Positions 28,401-43,400 of a stretch of DNA of 64,000 nt are shown here, one piece after another. Position 1 is the stretch's first letter. Every line of letters begins with the position of its first letter. The stretch comes from Phoronis australis (taxonomy: Eukaryota; Animalia; Phoronida), in NCBI GenBank assembly GCA_002633005.1, contig NMRA01000306.1, positions 226,500-290,499 of the forward strand. The letters are read 5' to 3'. The translations under genes were made by a program, and so were the position numbers. The notes under the pieces are model-generated. The model was not told where the DNA came from and made no database searches. It was given only the letters and a program-made list of their open reading frames with translations.

Positions 28401-31400
28401 GATATTTCGCATTTTAGTCGAACCTTTGTTGTAGTAAAAATGTTTTTGGCAAACTTAAGTAAGAGTTTGAGGGTCGGTGTTGCGTCTAGATGCTAAGTAC
28501 ATTTTGTGTCTGACATACACAGCCATGTAAGTCGTCGCAATTTCGACAAAGTACTTGGAGGAAATTATTAATACTTGTCGAGTGCTGTCGAGATTGAGTG
28601 AAAGTAGAAAATAAATGGATATCTAATTGCAGTTTTGTACGTCAATTTCGACGTTGTCCTGTTTATATTGAAAACTACTGTACTGTCTTCATATTGTTCA
28701 GAAAATCAAATCTACATTATGCAGAGTCATCCAACAATAAGGTCCCATTGATGGTCACTGTGTAACGCCTTCATGAAGAAAATCCATTCGACATTCGAAC
28801 ACATAACGTCACACACCTTCTAAAGCAAGAACAATACTCTAAAATGCATAGCAACTTACTTGCCTAATAGAACCTGTCAAAATTGTCCTCTGAATGTGAC
28901 AATTGCTTTTCTCCAGTAAAATAACCAGTCGGGGTTGCAATGTCGGGTGTAATATTTATGTAGTAGATTAGCAGAGGTTGGTATCATGTACCTGAAACTT
29001 TTGCGACTTTTAAAAGGGCGTCTCACGAGTTTGGCGTGTCGTTCGGAGACTTCTGGCTTCTTACGGGAGCTACGTCTGATACTTATGAGTGGAAATTTGC
29101 AACTGAAGACGTTTTCAACTACACAGCTTACAATTCGGAATGCTTCAAGTTGAACTGTAAAGGAAGTGAATGCGAATTCAGTGAAGAACTCTGCAATAGC
29201 ACACTGCATGTTGTTTGCGAAATGATATCACCAGGTAAGAGATTGCTATGATTATTACTAAAAAGAGAAAACTTCTAGGAAATAAAGTAATTAGTTTTGC
29301 TCACTCTAATTTAAACGTAGATGGTCTGATGGATTAAACTAATGAACAGTTTAAAACCTTGGGTTGCTGCTGCAAGATTTTTCTTATAACTTAACTCCTA
29401 AGAGCAATAGCCTGCAGACAGTTTCGAGTGAAACCACCACACACACCAAATAAAAGTTATTCTTGCTCACTGTCGATTTTTTTTGCTACACGACTTTTGC
29501 ATATAAAATTATGTAACATACCTGATCGGTCTTTTCACTTATTAGTGTTCGGGTATGGTGAAGCGTTGAGCTTAAAAGACCTACCAAACAGCGCCTTCTC
29601 TTCAACACGCTATTACAATGGCCATTTCACCCCGCAACACTTGAAGTTTAACAGCGGCCGATCCTGGTTCCCACCTGACGCTGTTGACCCGGATGATTAC
29701 GTTCAAGTTGACCTGGGCTCGCCTTTCATCGTTACAAGGACAAGGAGCTTGGTAAATTAAGAGTCTTTGAAATAGATAGACATTTTATGTACGTTTTTCA
29801 GCTACGTAACCTAGGTCTTGTGGACATGGGACATGGTTGAAATTGTTTCTAGTGAAGACGGCAAAAACCTTTCACCAATGAAAGAACACTACTCTGGAGA
29901 GCAGATGCCTTTCCCACGATACTAAAACCTGCAGTGAAAAGAAGGTTGTTTTTGAAAAAAAAAGTTTTGCGCAAATTTATACAAACTTAAAGGTATCGAG
30001 AATACTGCTTTAGAAACTTGTCTTGACAAAGTGCTAAATGATGAACGTCTTACATACGAGGAATCCACAGACTACTTGAAAGTAAAGGAAAAGTAACCAA
30101 AGTACAGGCCCCGAAGTCTTTTCAGTCGAATTTCTGAACTGATCATGTCCGTTTTCTGTAGATTAGATATCACCAACACCGAAAGAGACCCCTGTTTCTT
30201 TAGTGTTTAGGCTGTGCTCCGAGATGTTTTTGTATTTTATTGAAAAATAATAAGGACATAAAGGTGCCTTGGCAATTAACATACAATTGATTTTTTGCAC
30301 AATTCAGACGATTCATCGATCACTTTCAATGGGTCAAATCTGTCATAGATTAACACAGTGAATGAACCACGCTTGGTTGCTGATGTCTCTCGTCTCTCAA
30401 GGAATATGGGAATTTAACCAAAGGCCACGTGGTTCGAAACTGAAAATGTCATTGAAGACCTAATTCCTACAAAATACTTGTATCTTAGGAGAGACCTTAC
30501 TCACTGAAATTAGATAGTGAGAGTCATTAAAACACCATTGCCAAAGTGACTAAGATGAAGTGTTTTTAAAATTTTTGTCCAGGATCTAATATTTTACGTG
30601 AACTTGAACTCGAAATTATTTTAACATGTTCTGTTCAACTCCAGTTCGAACATAAGTGCCTATTATTGTGTGCTCGAGTAGATTATGGTTTATGTGGATG
30701 ACTCTGTAACATTATTTTGCACTTGACCCCAGCGTTAAAACACTTAAGTTCGAGACTGAAATCCAAGTGTCGAGTATACTTGAGTTTGACGCTAGAATCT
30801 TGGGTTGATCAAGTACGAGTTTGAACAACTTATACATTTCTCTTACGAATATTACGAGTAAAGATGACTTTCTTAATGAACCTTTGAAATTTAACAGCAA
30901 CGTGAAAGTCGGTGGTAGATGTGATTTGAACAATTAAGTATAAACGGTATGATATTTGTCATCTCTGCTTCCTATGGCCAAGTCTTAAGTTCACACACTT
31001 GGCTAGCCACGCTGGAGAGGGCCACAGCGAAGCCATGACCAACATGATTATAAGTCCTATAAGGTAAAGGAATATTGTGAGACTGTTTCGATTTTTATTT
31101 TTTAACCGGCAAAACGGGACCAAATACAGCTTTAAAGGACATATCGACGACAGAACGTGTAAAGGTTAGGTCATTTACCACTATTCTCAATGCGGTTTGT
31201 ATCATTTGTCACTGAACTCGTTACAGGGCCGCACCGGTCATAACGAATACGTTAAATCAATGGAGATCTATCTCTCACTTGACGGCATTATATTCAAGTG
31301 TATACAAGACGAGGCTACCAGATTTTGCACAGAGGTAATCTTTCGCTTTGTGTTGTAACAAAGATAGGGAACGCGAACTGATTCACTTTAAGTTATTCAG

Positions 31401-34400
31401 TCAAGGTGGATGCGTTTTTTGTTCCTTAAAAATCTAGGTGAAAAATGTGTGCGTACCTGTTTTCATTCTTAAAGTTTGTAACATGAGTTTTCAATCGTAC
31501 TGGACGAAGCCATTTGATTCAAAATATTACTTTTCCATAATGTGCATTGAAACCTATCCTAAGATCAATTACTTGTTTTGTCCTTAGTTTGTAGCGAACA
31601 GTAATTATTATCAAGGAGTAGATCAAGTATTCCGTAGACGAACAAGGTTCATCAGAGTGCGACCTCTCACTTATCAAGGCCGGAAAGCACTCCGCTTGGA
31701 AGTTTACGTTATCAAAGACGGTAAGCTGGTTCTGTTTAATAAATCAGTTGAGTTGAGTTCCTTGTTCTTTTCACAATAATGCACCAAACGCTGGATCAGC
31801 TGATTGAAAAAAATTATTTCAGAACTAATATCTTAAAATTTTAAGCAAAATGACATTCAACCTTGACCAAGCCTTAAGACTTAAAAAAACACTTCGAGAC
31901 TTCTTTCTGAGCCTGTTCACAGGGCTATCGTGACTAACGATTTGAGGTAACTACAATCGAATGCATGGAATGCCAGTCCTGTAAGAGCCACAAAATATAT
32001 TTAGTAGAACAATGCTGTAGAAGCTGACATAACCAATTTTGTATGAAATATCTAAAACAAGGGTTAGTATCCCTTTTAGTAGCGTAGTTTGTACCTATTG
32101 GGTTCTAGCACACGCGCCTTTATGCCATCGAAACATTTGTACATCTGTTGCAGCCGTACCGACATATGCAGCCGTAAGTCTATCCGATCTCCCGGACGAA
32201 GCATTCACCGCTACTAGACATCATCACACCAACACGGCTAAACACGCTAAGTTCTCCCATAACCAAGCCTGGTGTGTTGCTATCGATGACCCAGCTGATT
32301 ACCTGCAAGTAGATTTGGGTTATGATTGGATTGTGGAGAAAACTTCAACAAAGGTATACACACTTAGAGAAATTTCTGTATGGCTAAGGTTTCAATGGAT
32401 TACCAATTTACTGGTCAATGGTTGCGTGAACAAAATTCAAAACCATACAAGAATTCTTGTTATTCCCCAGTTTATTTGATCACTGCCTTTAATACTTAAA
32501 ATGATCCGTGTTTTGATGATTTCAACCAGTTCTCGTCCTATCACTTTCTAATGCATCATTGGCTTCAATATTCAAAGATAAAGACGGATCAGCTAAATTC
32601 ATACTCTCCTATGTCACAGTTTAGATATAACTGTCTTTGGTCTTTGGTGAATGGCCTTCTCTCCCAACTGCCGTTTACTGGATTCGCTAAAAGCGTAGGT
32701 CAAGCTTCCCAGTTAGTAGACTTTGAAAGAAGTTTTCAATTTTCCTCCAAACTTTCGAGGGTTATCGAGGGACACAGGGAATGTCTTTGTTATAGAGAAC
32801 TAGATGAGAATGTTTAATATGATTTTGTTAATAGGCCACAACCGGTTCGGTATTCTTTTAAATACAAAGGTACATGTACCTGAAGTGGAAACAGTGTGGT
32901 CTAGTTGTTGAGCATTCCCCTTCCAATCTAGGGATCATGGGATCCAATCTTGCTAGAGCGCACTGCTACGAGATATTGCCATGTATTACTAACGATGAAT
33001 GTTATCGCACCAGGATACGACACATCCAAGCCTCAAGATGGCGTTGATCGGTTTAACCATTTAAGGTTTGGCTACGGGACATCAAATGTGTCAGAATTCT
33101 GAGACATTTTTACGGAAATCACCGGAATATCACGAGTAACATGAACATGAAAACTAACGGCATATGTATATTGCAGCAATTTAGGTCTAAATTATTGCAA
33201 AAATGATGTATTTTGAGTCGAAAACAGATGAATTTATGCTGTTAAAAATAAAATTGAAAATAAGTACACAAACAACCTTTATTTCAAACAATAACCCAAA
33301 TAATGACTTCTGTTTCATGAATGGCAGCAAAAACACCTGTGAACATAATTAAAACCTGTCTTTGTTCAAAATGACGTCAATAATTGCGCAGAAGCTTATC
33401 CCCATAGACCTAATTCACGCGGCGGACATTAAAATCCAAAGCGAGGCTCACTGCGATAAATTGACCTTGCATGAGTTAAATGGTCGGTCTTTCGAGTCCA
33501 ACCTGGATATTAAATCTTAGTTGAATGAATCTATCTGCTCATGCAGACGTTTCTTTACTTGTCCAATTCTTTCCATCTTCTATAGATACGAGGGATTCGT
33601 TGTTCGGGTAGTCTGGTTCCGTACCTCAGAAAAAAATTAAATCTTAAAAATGAGTCGATAATTAGCCACAGAGACGTAGAAAGATATATTAGAAGACAAA
33701 TCAATGGACTAAAGAGTTGTCTGACGAAAGGGTATAATTTTTTTCGGAAAACAAGGTTAGAAACATGGAAAATAAATATGACCAAATTGCGGCGATCACG
33801 TTACGGATTAGGTATTATGCTGAATGCAGTGTTACGCTTCTTCTTGTAAATTGTTGATAAAAATGCTGTATTTTGATGTCATGTGCAATTAGTCACATCA
33901 CGTTTAATTTATTGACAAAGAATATTAACATCAAGCATAGCCTAGGTCATGGTGAGGTCAGTAGGGACTACCGGGACTAATAGTTGATTTGTCATTGATC
34001 TGAAGGAATAATTGATGTTATTAAATATATGTTTTATTAAAATAAAAAACAGGCTCGTAATTGAAAATAAAAATTATTTGATCATCAGTTCTGCTTTCTT
34101 GGTATTAATAATTCTTATGTCTATTTCTTGTGTTAGGATTTAAATCTGGACCAAGTTGAATTTTAAAATCAAAACACCTAATTCGTTCGTCCAAAGCATA
34201 TACCTCGTTTTAGACCTCAATTTCAGTTAACTGGACAGAACAAGCACAGTTATCACGTTCAGGGGCCTCGTTTATCCGAGGGGAAATGTGTTTGTGCCTT
34301 CTGAGAGGGCATTCCGCAGAGAGTGAGGAGAAATCTACTTCCCGATCCCCATCAATAGCGCCCTTTCCCTGTTGCAAGCTCTCATAGGCTCTAACTCAAG

Positions 34401-37400
34401 TAGCATTTTATGCTCTTTCAAATTGTCACCTGTGTGGTTACAGGTGATTCTCCAGAGAGATTTTTCAATCAATGAGGGGAATTTTTAGGCCTCGTGGGGG
34501 GAGAGAGCTAGGCTAGATACCATCTTATTGGAGATTGGAGCAATTATCGAACAAAAGAGAGGTGGCCCTCTAACCTTAAATGCTAGGATGGAGTTAATCA
34601 GTCGCGTAAGATATTGGCTACAGGGGTCATCTTCCCATCTCGTTGTTAAACTATAGAGTCGAACAAGTTGGGAGCAACGGTAAAACGCCGTAATGAATTT
34701 CGCGTGATTTATCTATATTTTTAAGAGGGAAATAGGGCCGAAATGCAGCCCCAAAATTCGAGAGATTGAGGGCGCTTTCCCTTTTTGGAAAGAAAAATGC
34801 ATTATGTTTTTACCCGTAGCCGGCGCGCACCATACTAGGGGGAGGGGGGGGGGTGGCTAGGCCGCACATCATTGGTCTATAGGCGGTGCATCAAGGGGGG
34901 GCTGAGGAGGCTTGTGCCCCTCAGGTTTTTCAGTGCTGCACCACCCATGCGTAGTCATCAAAACACAGTCTGGCTGGCAGAAGAGTTCCCCGGTCGTTGC
35001 TATGATGTTCGGCAACCAAGATGCGACAAAATATGATCTAACTTTTCGAAAACATTTATAAATTTTACATGGACATATTTCCTTCGTCGCAGCTTATGGC
35101 AACGACCCAACGCTTCGAATCTCAACGTCCTTGGGGAAAACAGACAGTTGAGAGTCCGTATTTTTTCAAGCCGTTCAAGCAACAGGAATACAACTGTGTC
35201 GATAAGCCAACAGAGCTATCGTAGCGAGCCTCGTTTTGGAACGCGACTCCTGTCGGCGTGAATTGGGTCTATAACCAAGCCTCAAATAGCTAAACCGATC
35301 CGCGCCGTCTTGAGGCTTGGGGACGAGGCTGACGGCATATCCCAAACAAGCTTTAAGACGGAAGAGTTTTGACTAAATTGCACTTAACCCTGTCTATTAT
35401 TTCAACGTTACAGTATTCTATGTATGCATACCTACATGTATCATGTTTGGATGGGAAACTTTGGAGGCAGCTCTAGCATTCAAATTTTCTAAAATCGATC
35501 AAGTACTTCCGTAATCAACATTATTTTTCAAATAGTTTTCTCCCCCATCGAAATCGTGAACTGCCTCCGTCGCGTCAGTGCACGTGCGTCTGTGTGCATA
35601 CCAACATGGCCTCAACTTTTTAGGTAGGCCGAAAGTCAGATCTGGCGGTACTAGCAGTACTTTGAAAGCTCAGTGTAGTACCCGCTCACTAGGCAGCCTG
35701 GAACCAGTGGTGCACTTTAGTCTCGAAAGTCTTGACAAATTCACGTTACGTAGGGACATAAGAATTTAAATTAAACTTGTTCATTCAGTAATCAGTTTTA
35801 TCTGTTCTTTATACCCCATCTTGTCACTTCGTGATGATTCGTTTGCGTTCAAATTCGTTATTAACCCAAACAGGTCGAAACGAAATTGGTAAGGTGAATG
35901 AATTAGAAATGATTCGGCTGGCTAAGGTACTGCAACGAGAATTGCATACATTCTTGGTTACGTCACATATCCAACACACACCACATGGTTAACTAATGGG
36001 TCCTGTGTGGAGAGTCTAGAAACTAGGAAAATTCGACCATATAAAAACTCACATGTTCTCATTCTCACCATCGTTTCACGACACCGTAACAAGATCAATT
36101 TGAGGGTGAAAATTTACCATTTACTTTCACCATTTCGCCTCGCCCAACATGTGACACTGAGTGCAGAAGTACATGTATGGCCCACAGGTATTAGCTACAG
36201 GCGCAACAAACGGTCAGTAGTGGGTCTAGGCCAATCATGTAGCATTGCCGGAAAAGAAAACACTGGATACGTAGTTAACTTCCTGTTGGAATTACGTGAT
36301 GTGGATTCATATAATGTAATGAAGTTTTTTTGGTGTTTTCGGTTAATTACTATCGTTGGCAGATGAGGGGAAAGTCGCCCGTAACACACGCTCGTAAATT
36401 TTGGGCATAAGGACACTTTCCAAGTCCATGTTTTACGAGCGTGACTTGCAAACGTAAAATACAAGCGTAAAGCCAAGTGGGTTTTGGAAGAGGTCTTAAC
36501 TAAAGCTATCAACTGGCTGTTGGATGATGTTTCGACCAGAACTGGCATTGAACAGACACAATTAGAAAAATCGTTGAAGAACATGGACCTGAAAAATGTC
36601 CACTTAGTCGTAATCCAACTGTAATTAACTTCTTCGAAACGCGAGTGGTAACCCAGTTCAGAGGTTACTTTCTAGTGTTCACACCAGCTTGCTTCGCCAG
36701 GAATTCAATCCAAGTTTTAGTCCGGTTTAAGTTGTGTACCTGTTTGAGCGCATGTTTACATGCGTGCGCGTGTGCGAGTGGGTGTCGAATTGAACACCGT
36801 GTAACTTATGGCTGAAAACTGTTAACTGATTTTTGCTGTACCGTGCTGTAAAGTGAAATATTGACGACAACGACGACACCATCTTATTTGACCATCAAAA
36901 TTAATAGTATTCATTCGCTTATGAGAAAAATAGTTCTTTACGTAAGTGAATTCAGAAACATGCGATTGTCAGAAACTGCTTTATTTCCACTGATGATGAT
37001 TGTGTGGTTAACTTATTTATAACCTAATTAAACTTATAGGGTTACCAGTCAGCACACTACTGGGTGAAGAAAATGTTGATCTACACATCTTTGGATGGGG
37101 TAACATTCACATGCTTATCGCAGTACCAAAACGATACCTGCATGGTGGTAAGACATGTTTACTTTGCTTTGTTCAAGTTGTAACTTGCTAGTAAATCTAA
37201 AACGATGAGCTTCGGTACTAAAATATATTAAAATATCCCCGACGCTCGTCGTTTTAGTTTTACTATTTTATATTTTTATTCGTCGGTGATTTATTGGATT
37301 GTTCACTTTGTCAAAAACTGCAGGCAAAGAATGAAAAGTTTTGAGTCACTTCACATCACGATCCCTACAGATGAGCACAGAAACTTTATTCTCTCTTGTA

Positions 37401-40400
37401 TTTTTGACCCTTTCACTCCTGCTGAAAACCCAGCTAGACTAAGAAAAATAGGGGCAAAAATACAAGGTCGACACTTTTCACCCCAAAAGCACCACTTCCT
37501 TGCCGATGCTCGACTAAATCCAACATAAGATTCCGAAAGAAAATTTCCTACCAATTCCAAAAAATGTGGTTCAAAGGTGCTTTCAATCAACTATTGTTTT
37601 GCAAATCTGGCTTGTTTCAGGGCTACCTGAAATCGCGGCCAATTTCTCAATCGTATCCAGAAATGCACAATTGCAACCGGGGGCCGCCATCTTGAACAAG
37701 AGTGCAAATACAGCCGAGCAAGTGGTCTTTTTTCATTCTCAACATGCTCACAAATACAAAAGAAAACGCATCCACTGGCCTACATGCATTACCTAACTAA
37801 AAATTGCTCCCTAGATTTTAATATTTTGGGAGTGCAAATTGGCTGCAGCCGCGCAGTGCTACCTTGCGCTTGTAACACAGTACTTACACAACGCTTTCAT
37901 GAAAACCAAATGGTGGGAATATGGTGCGACGTACAATTTACCGTTGAATTTACATGTAAATTACATTCTTAAGTTACAAAGTGACACGTTTTACAGCTAT
38001 GGATTGGTAGATTGAAGGGAGCTTAGTCTTTACGCTGGTGCATTTCTTGCACTGCATCGCAAACTGAGTTTTTGAAGTGGTAGGATGGAGTTAATTCGTA
38101 ACCTTTTCTTCGTAGTTTGATGGGAATGTGAATTACAACACACCGGTTGATCAGCTATTCCCTACACGACTACAAGCACGCTACATCAGGATACAGCCTT
38201 TAGAATGGCATAGTAACTTGAAGTGTTTGAAGCTAGAGGTCTATGTATATCCATATGGTGAGTAAGAGTCTTCAGTCAGGCACTGTATGAGAATGACGTG
38301 TGGATTGCATGGCGTCTCCAAAACGGAGAAATCCATCGACCACTGAGAGTAGTTTTCAAATGATTTGCCCCAGTGCTATAGCAACGCACGTATAGTTTTG
38401 GCGGAGATTCGAGTAACCCCCAACTCAAGATAAAAACTGCCTGTGCCACGTGTTGCGAGATGTTTTTCAAACGATCAGGATTGACCTTTTTCACACATTT
38501 CACGACGAGATATGATGTTAATTTTTTGTCCAGGTAGATTTTACGGTTATGGCTTGAGCATGAGGGTTTTTGTTGAAGCTCTACCCTGTCTTTAGAAAAT
38601 TATGCACAGATAACGGCGATGTATCGTTCAGGGTCTTACTATGTGAAAAATATTTTTAGCGTCCTTCAAAAATGTCTATACTCAATGAATAGCACTGGGC
38701 ACAAATTTCACCCTCTTACTTTCATAAAACAAACAGAGATTGTGAAGGCCGTGGTCACCATAACAGTTAAAGGGGAATGCCACCCGATTTAATTAGTGTT
38801 TTTTACCGTCTTAATTGGTCTATACCCATATCGCCTCTTATACGGTCGAAATCACCTTGCCGAGAGGTGGCGCGTTAACTTGTGAGGAAGGTGTAAAGCG
38901 ACGCAGCGGCGTCAGTGGTTCGTCTGCAGAGTGAAAGCCGCTATATTGCGGTGCATCAGTTCCCGCTTGTCCGAACTATGAAACTGCGAAGAAAGCGGGT
39001 ATATCGTTTTTTCGGCTTCATCGAGAGCGCGAAATGCTTAGGAAGTGGCTAGCGGTAGTGAAGAATGAAAGGTATGCTGTTAATAGTAAGTATGAAGCAT
39101 GAGGCCGTGAAACATCTCCGTGTCTTGTGGCCGGCATTTCGTCGACAGTGATTTCTCTGACTAATTCCGGCTTACCACTGAACTATCTATACGTTCCGTT
39201 GCCTATGCATGTTGACGACGCCTCTCTAGTATTTCTTGATCAGTGTATTCGGGTTCGATCTGATAGGCTGTGAAACCTAACGATCCGACCCGTGAAGTCT
39301 TCGTCAGATGACCTCTTGACTAAGTCGGGATTGGCGCCGGGCGAGTTGCCATATAGACGTTTATTATTTTGCGTTCTGTTTCAAAATGAATTCTTCTCAT
39401 CCTAAAATGATCCTAACCAATGCTTATATGAAACTGGCACAAAGCCTGACTCATTAGATACGATTTGCAATGCCTTGGAGTGCTCGTGAGTGCAAATGTT
39501 TTTAGAAGCCAGCAATGAATAAACTACTGCGTTACCGGCTTTTGATGCCGACAACAAAGGTAATTGACCAGGCACCGAGGCCGTGTGAGCGTTTGCTGTT
39601 GTGAAACAATTACTCGATTTTATATGCTATTGTCACATGTTAGGGGAATCTTTACTGTTACTGTACAACCCTGACGGTCTGTGCAAGGAGAACCCGACTT
39701 TGGCGGCCCCTGAAAAGGTTTTCAGTTTCGTGGCTAATTCACAAAAATAATTACGTGCACATTATTTCTTTAGCTCACTATTATATAGTCTCTTCGTGAC
39801 TGGAGGTTTAGTTTCCAACTCGAGCTGGTTTATGTTCGTGCCAGTCCCGGCGGCCGCGATGGGCCTGATCGGGTTCCGAGCCACTGGCCGGCCGGATAAC
39901 GAGCCGTCCGTCCGGCCGCGACGGGTCTGATCGGGTTCCGAGCCACTGGCCGGGATAACAAGCGTTTTGCGTATTTAGAACTGAAAAAAGTATAAACAAC
40001 GCAGATCTATGTTCTCCTGTCTGTATTTCACAGACGAATGCTTGGAATTTATCTCCGAACAGACCCCACACTCCTGCTACGGACCTTGGTAAATTGGCCT
40101 GCCGAGCTTTGTAGGTTAAGGTGTGTCCAAGTAGCTGTAAATCCGTAACAGCGAAATAAAACAACATGTTTCAATAAGAAATCGGTGTATTTTTAAGGGT
40201 TTTACATCGAAGTTTGATGATTTATTGGTGTTAAACGATGAATTCAAGCGATAAGCTGACACCACTAACCCGTGTTGTGAACTGCTGAACAGACTGCGTG
40301 GGAAACCAATTATGTCATTGTATAATTTCAACACCTCCGTCTGCCGTCAGGTGTCAGGTAACGCAACCGAACCTGCCGTTATCGAGTAGATCTACTCCAT

Positions 40401-43400
40401 CTAAATTGATACAAAATAGGTTGTTTTTGGGGTGGCATTCTCCTTTAAGGTTTGTGACCTTGATAAGATTGTGCAAAGCTACGCAAGATGTCAAAGTGTG
40501 AATGGACAAAGAGAGATCTATAGATAAGTTTAAATTGGTGTAGCTAGGGATTGACACCATCAAACTTTTCCGGAACTTAGACACAAAAATTGGCCAATCT
40601 GTTCTCGTAATTTCTGTTGGCAATGCGATTGCTCAATTCTCGAAGCTAGTCTCCGCTCTAAAGTTCAGTAGTTATGCGCCCAGACTTAACTTCGTCGCAC
40701 CATGAGGTAGTCCATGTTTATTTCGGAGTACCGTTAATTTACATGTATGCTATGCACTCAAGCGATCTCAAACCAAATTTATCTGTTTTTTATGTGCATG
40801 GCAGACGATTCCGCCATTACCCACGGGAGCTGGTCTGAGTGGGGAGCCCTGTCAAGCTGCACGTGTATGGAAAGAGGAACAGCACTACAGACTAGGGAAC
40901 GGGAGTGTACAAAACCGAAACCAATGGACGGGAAACACTGCATTGGCCTGCCGTTTGAAAATTTTCAATGTTCAGGTATGTTAAGTCGTTAGTATTAGAA
41001 CTGGAACTTAAATTGTAGATAGCGAAGGTAATAAATTACGTAAACTCTAACTTCTGAATTAAATGTTACAGCTCGCAATAAATTCTTACCAACTAAAGAC
41101 GTTTCAGTATCATGCAATGGCAAGTTTCTATAGCGTAACATGTGGTATTTGATTGATATTCTTAAAAAAGGTTATCAAATCAATTATTATTTAACGTATT
41201 GAATTCTATATTGTAGATAACTTCGAATATTGCCCAGATATGGAACAGATTTCGTATTTACCATACACAGGTGACTGTATGTTATTATAGCTATTTTTCA
41301 AAGTAATGCTCTCAGTCAGTATATTTCCTGCTTTCACTTTAAAATTTTAAAATTGATCACCTAAAGATAGAATGAGATTATCCACCTGGACCGGAAACAC
41401 GTGTGTCTTTGTTTTCAATCATTTGCTATATTGGAAGTGGTCGAGTTGTTGGTCAAGAAATGTTGTAATGAAATATCTGCCTCGCGTACCATATATGCAA
41501 AATACATATAGATTATTTCAGGGCGAAGTCGTTATCCCCCGTATTCTAGAGCCCAAATGTATTTTGGAGAATTTTCACCCGAGGGGCGTTAGCCCCCTCA
41601 AATAATGCTTTTACTCAAAACCAATTGAAAATTTAGACAAAATAGAAACAAAGTGAATCTATAAATTAAGGTTTAGCAACTATTGTAGCTTACTACACAT
41701 TTTATCACGCTAAACTTCGACTGGGAAAATATCGTCTTCTCAAGTAGGTTACCACTGGTAACTGAGTATAATGCTCAAGTCATAGGATCCCGACGACACC
41801 ATACCCAAATTCAAATTGGAGATCGGTGATTTACAAGTGAGAGAACATGAGAGAAAAATTTCACTGAATTAAAATACCTTTTTATGGAAATTGTGCGTCT
41901 TATTTTTCATAGCGTATAAGTGTCAGTGCAATGCCCTTTGTGGAACATGCGATTGTTGCGCGGGCTTATTTAAGTATTCTATTTACAAGTTCGATGACGT
42001 CAGCCGCTGAGTGGTGCAGCAGTAAGTCGATGACCCGAGGCTGGGGTTCCCGCCAAAATGTTATAAATATATGGGTTATTACATGGTTGTATTGGCCATT
42101 CGGGGCTAATATTGTGCTATAAACTACACTTGTTATCGGAGTTTAATCGTTTTCAGGCTACTGCGATATAACGCACGGGTCACAGCTACAAGTGACATCT
42201 CTTCAGGGTCGATACATAATGGGTCATGACCTTTTCACTGTGATTGTCACTGATCAAGATGAATGTGCTTTTGCCTGCATGAACGAGACTCGGTGTCAGT
42301 CTGCAGATTTTGTGACGTCAGATAACATATGCAACTTAAAGAATGCCACGTGGACGACGTCTTTCTACTTCGCCAAACCAAGCTTTGACAGCAGCGTGGT
42401 ACACTTAGAACTTCAGTGTGCCGTTGGTAGAGTAACATTTTTATTCTAAGCACTTGTTCTAGAAAGTCATGTATGCACATAGGCAGCGCACCATAGGGGG
42501 CTGGGAGGCTATAGTCCCCCCACTTTTTCATTGCTAGGTAGCACATGGTCTATGGGCGGTGCAACACACTGGGGCTGTGGGAGCTTTAGCCCCCCACTGT
42601 TTTCAGTGCTGCGCCGCCCATGCATGCATAAAACTAATCGAATGTACCAAGCGACGATATGTGAAGCACAGAACGATCATGCTTCCAATTGCTTCTATAA
42701 TAGTAGTATTGAGGCATCAGTGTATTCTGCGATTTTCGCAGGTATTTGCTTAGCAATTTGTAATTGAAATGAAGTCCACTGACGCAGACGAAGTGTCAAA
42801 CAATAAGTTAACAAAAACCCAGAGGCCCGCTTCATGAAATGGTTCCGTCTTAACTATGACAAATCTATGTTTGACCCATTTCATTGAATTTTTAGGCCAG
42901 AATTAAGGCAGAAATTTCTTTCAGTTAAGAGCGAAAGTTAGCTTGCTACTAAGCAAACTTATGATCGGACTGCTGGTCGAAATGACCGTCATTATTGTTA
43001 AATGCTGAGGGCCAAATTTGGTGATATCGTTGTCAATATGGTTTTCAATCTAAATGGTCCCTAACTATGCGAAAACCGTCAAAGCAACCTAGAGACAATA
43101 CGATGCAACTCACCTGCTCATCTGAAAAAGGTCCGTGGGACGGTAAATGTTATTTGGGAGCACAAGATCATTCAACTTGGTTCCGGCAAAATTTCAGATT
43201 CCCCATACTGGTCTGCTTTAATTTCGCAACCCCCGCCTTACGCATACAGATTTTTCTGTTTGGATTACTAAAAGGGATAAACGCTAGGAGAGGGGGGGGG
43301 CAGTCACCAAAAGTGTTGGCGTTTCACCAAAATTTCACTTGAAATACAATTTTTTAGACATGAACAAGTTACGCACATCGTGCATTCACGATAATATTTT

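Noticed and set aside
32885-32970. tRNA-like A/B box sequence
   Set aside because: Too degenerate for a cloverleaf; at most a decayed SINE head, not a tRNA gene.
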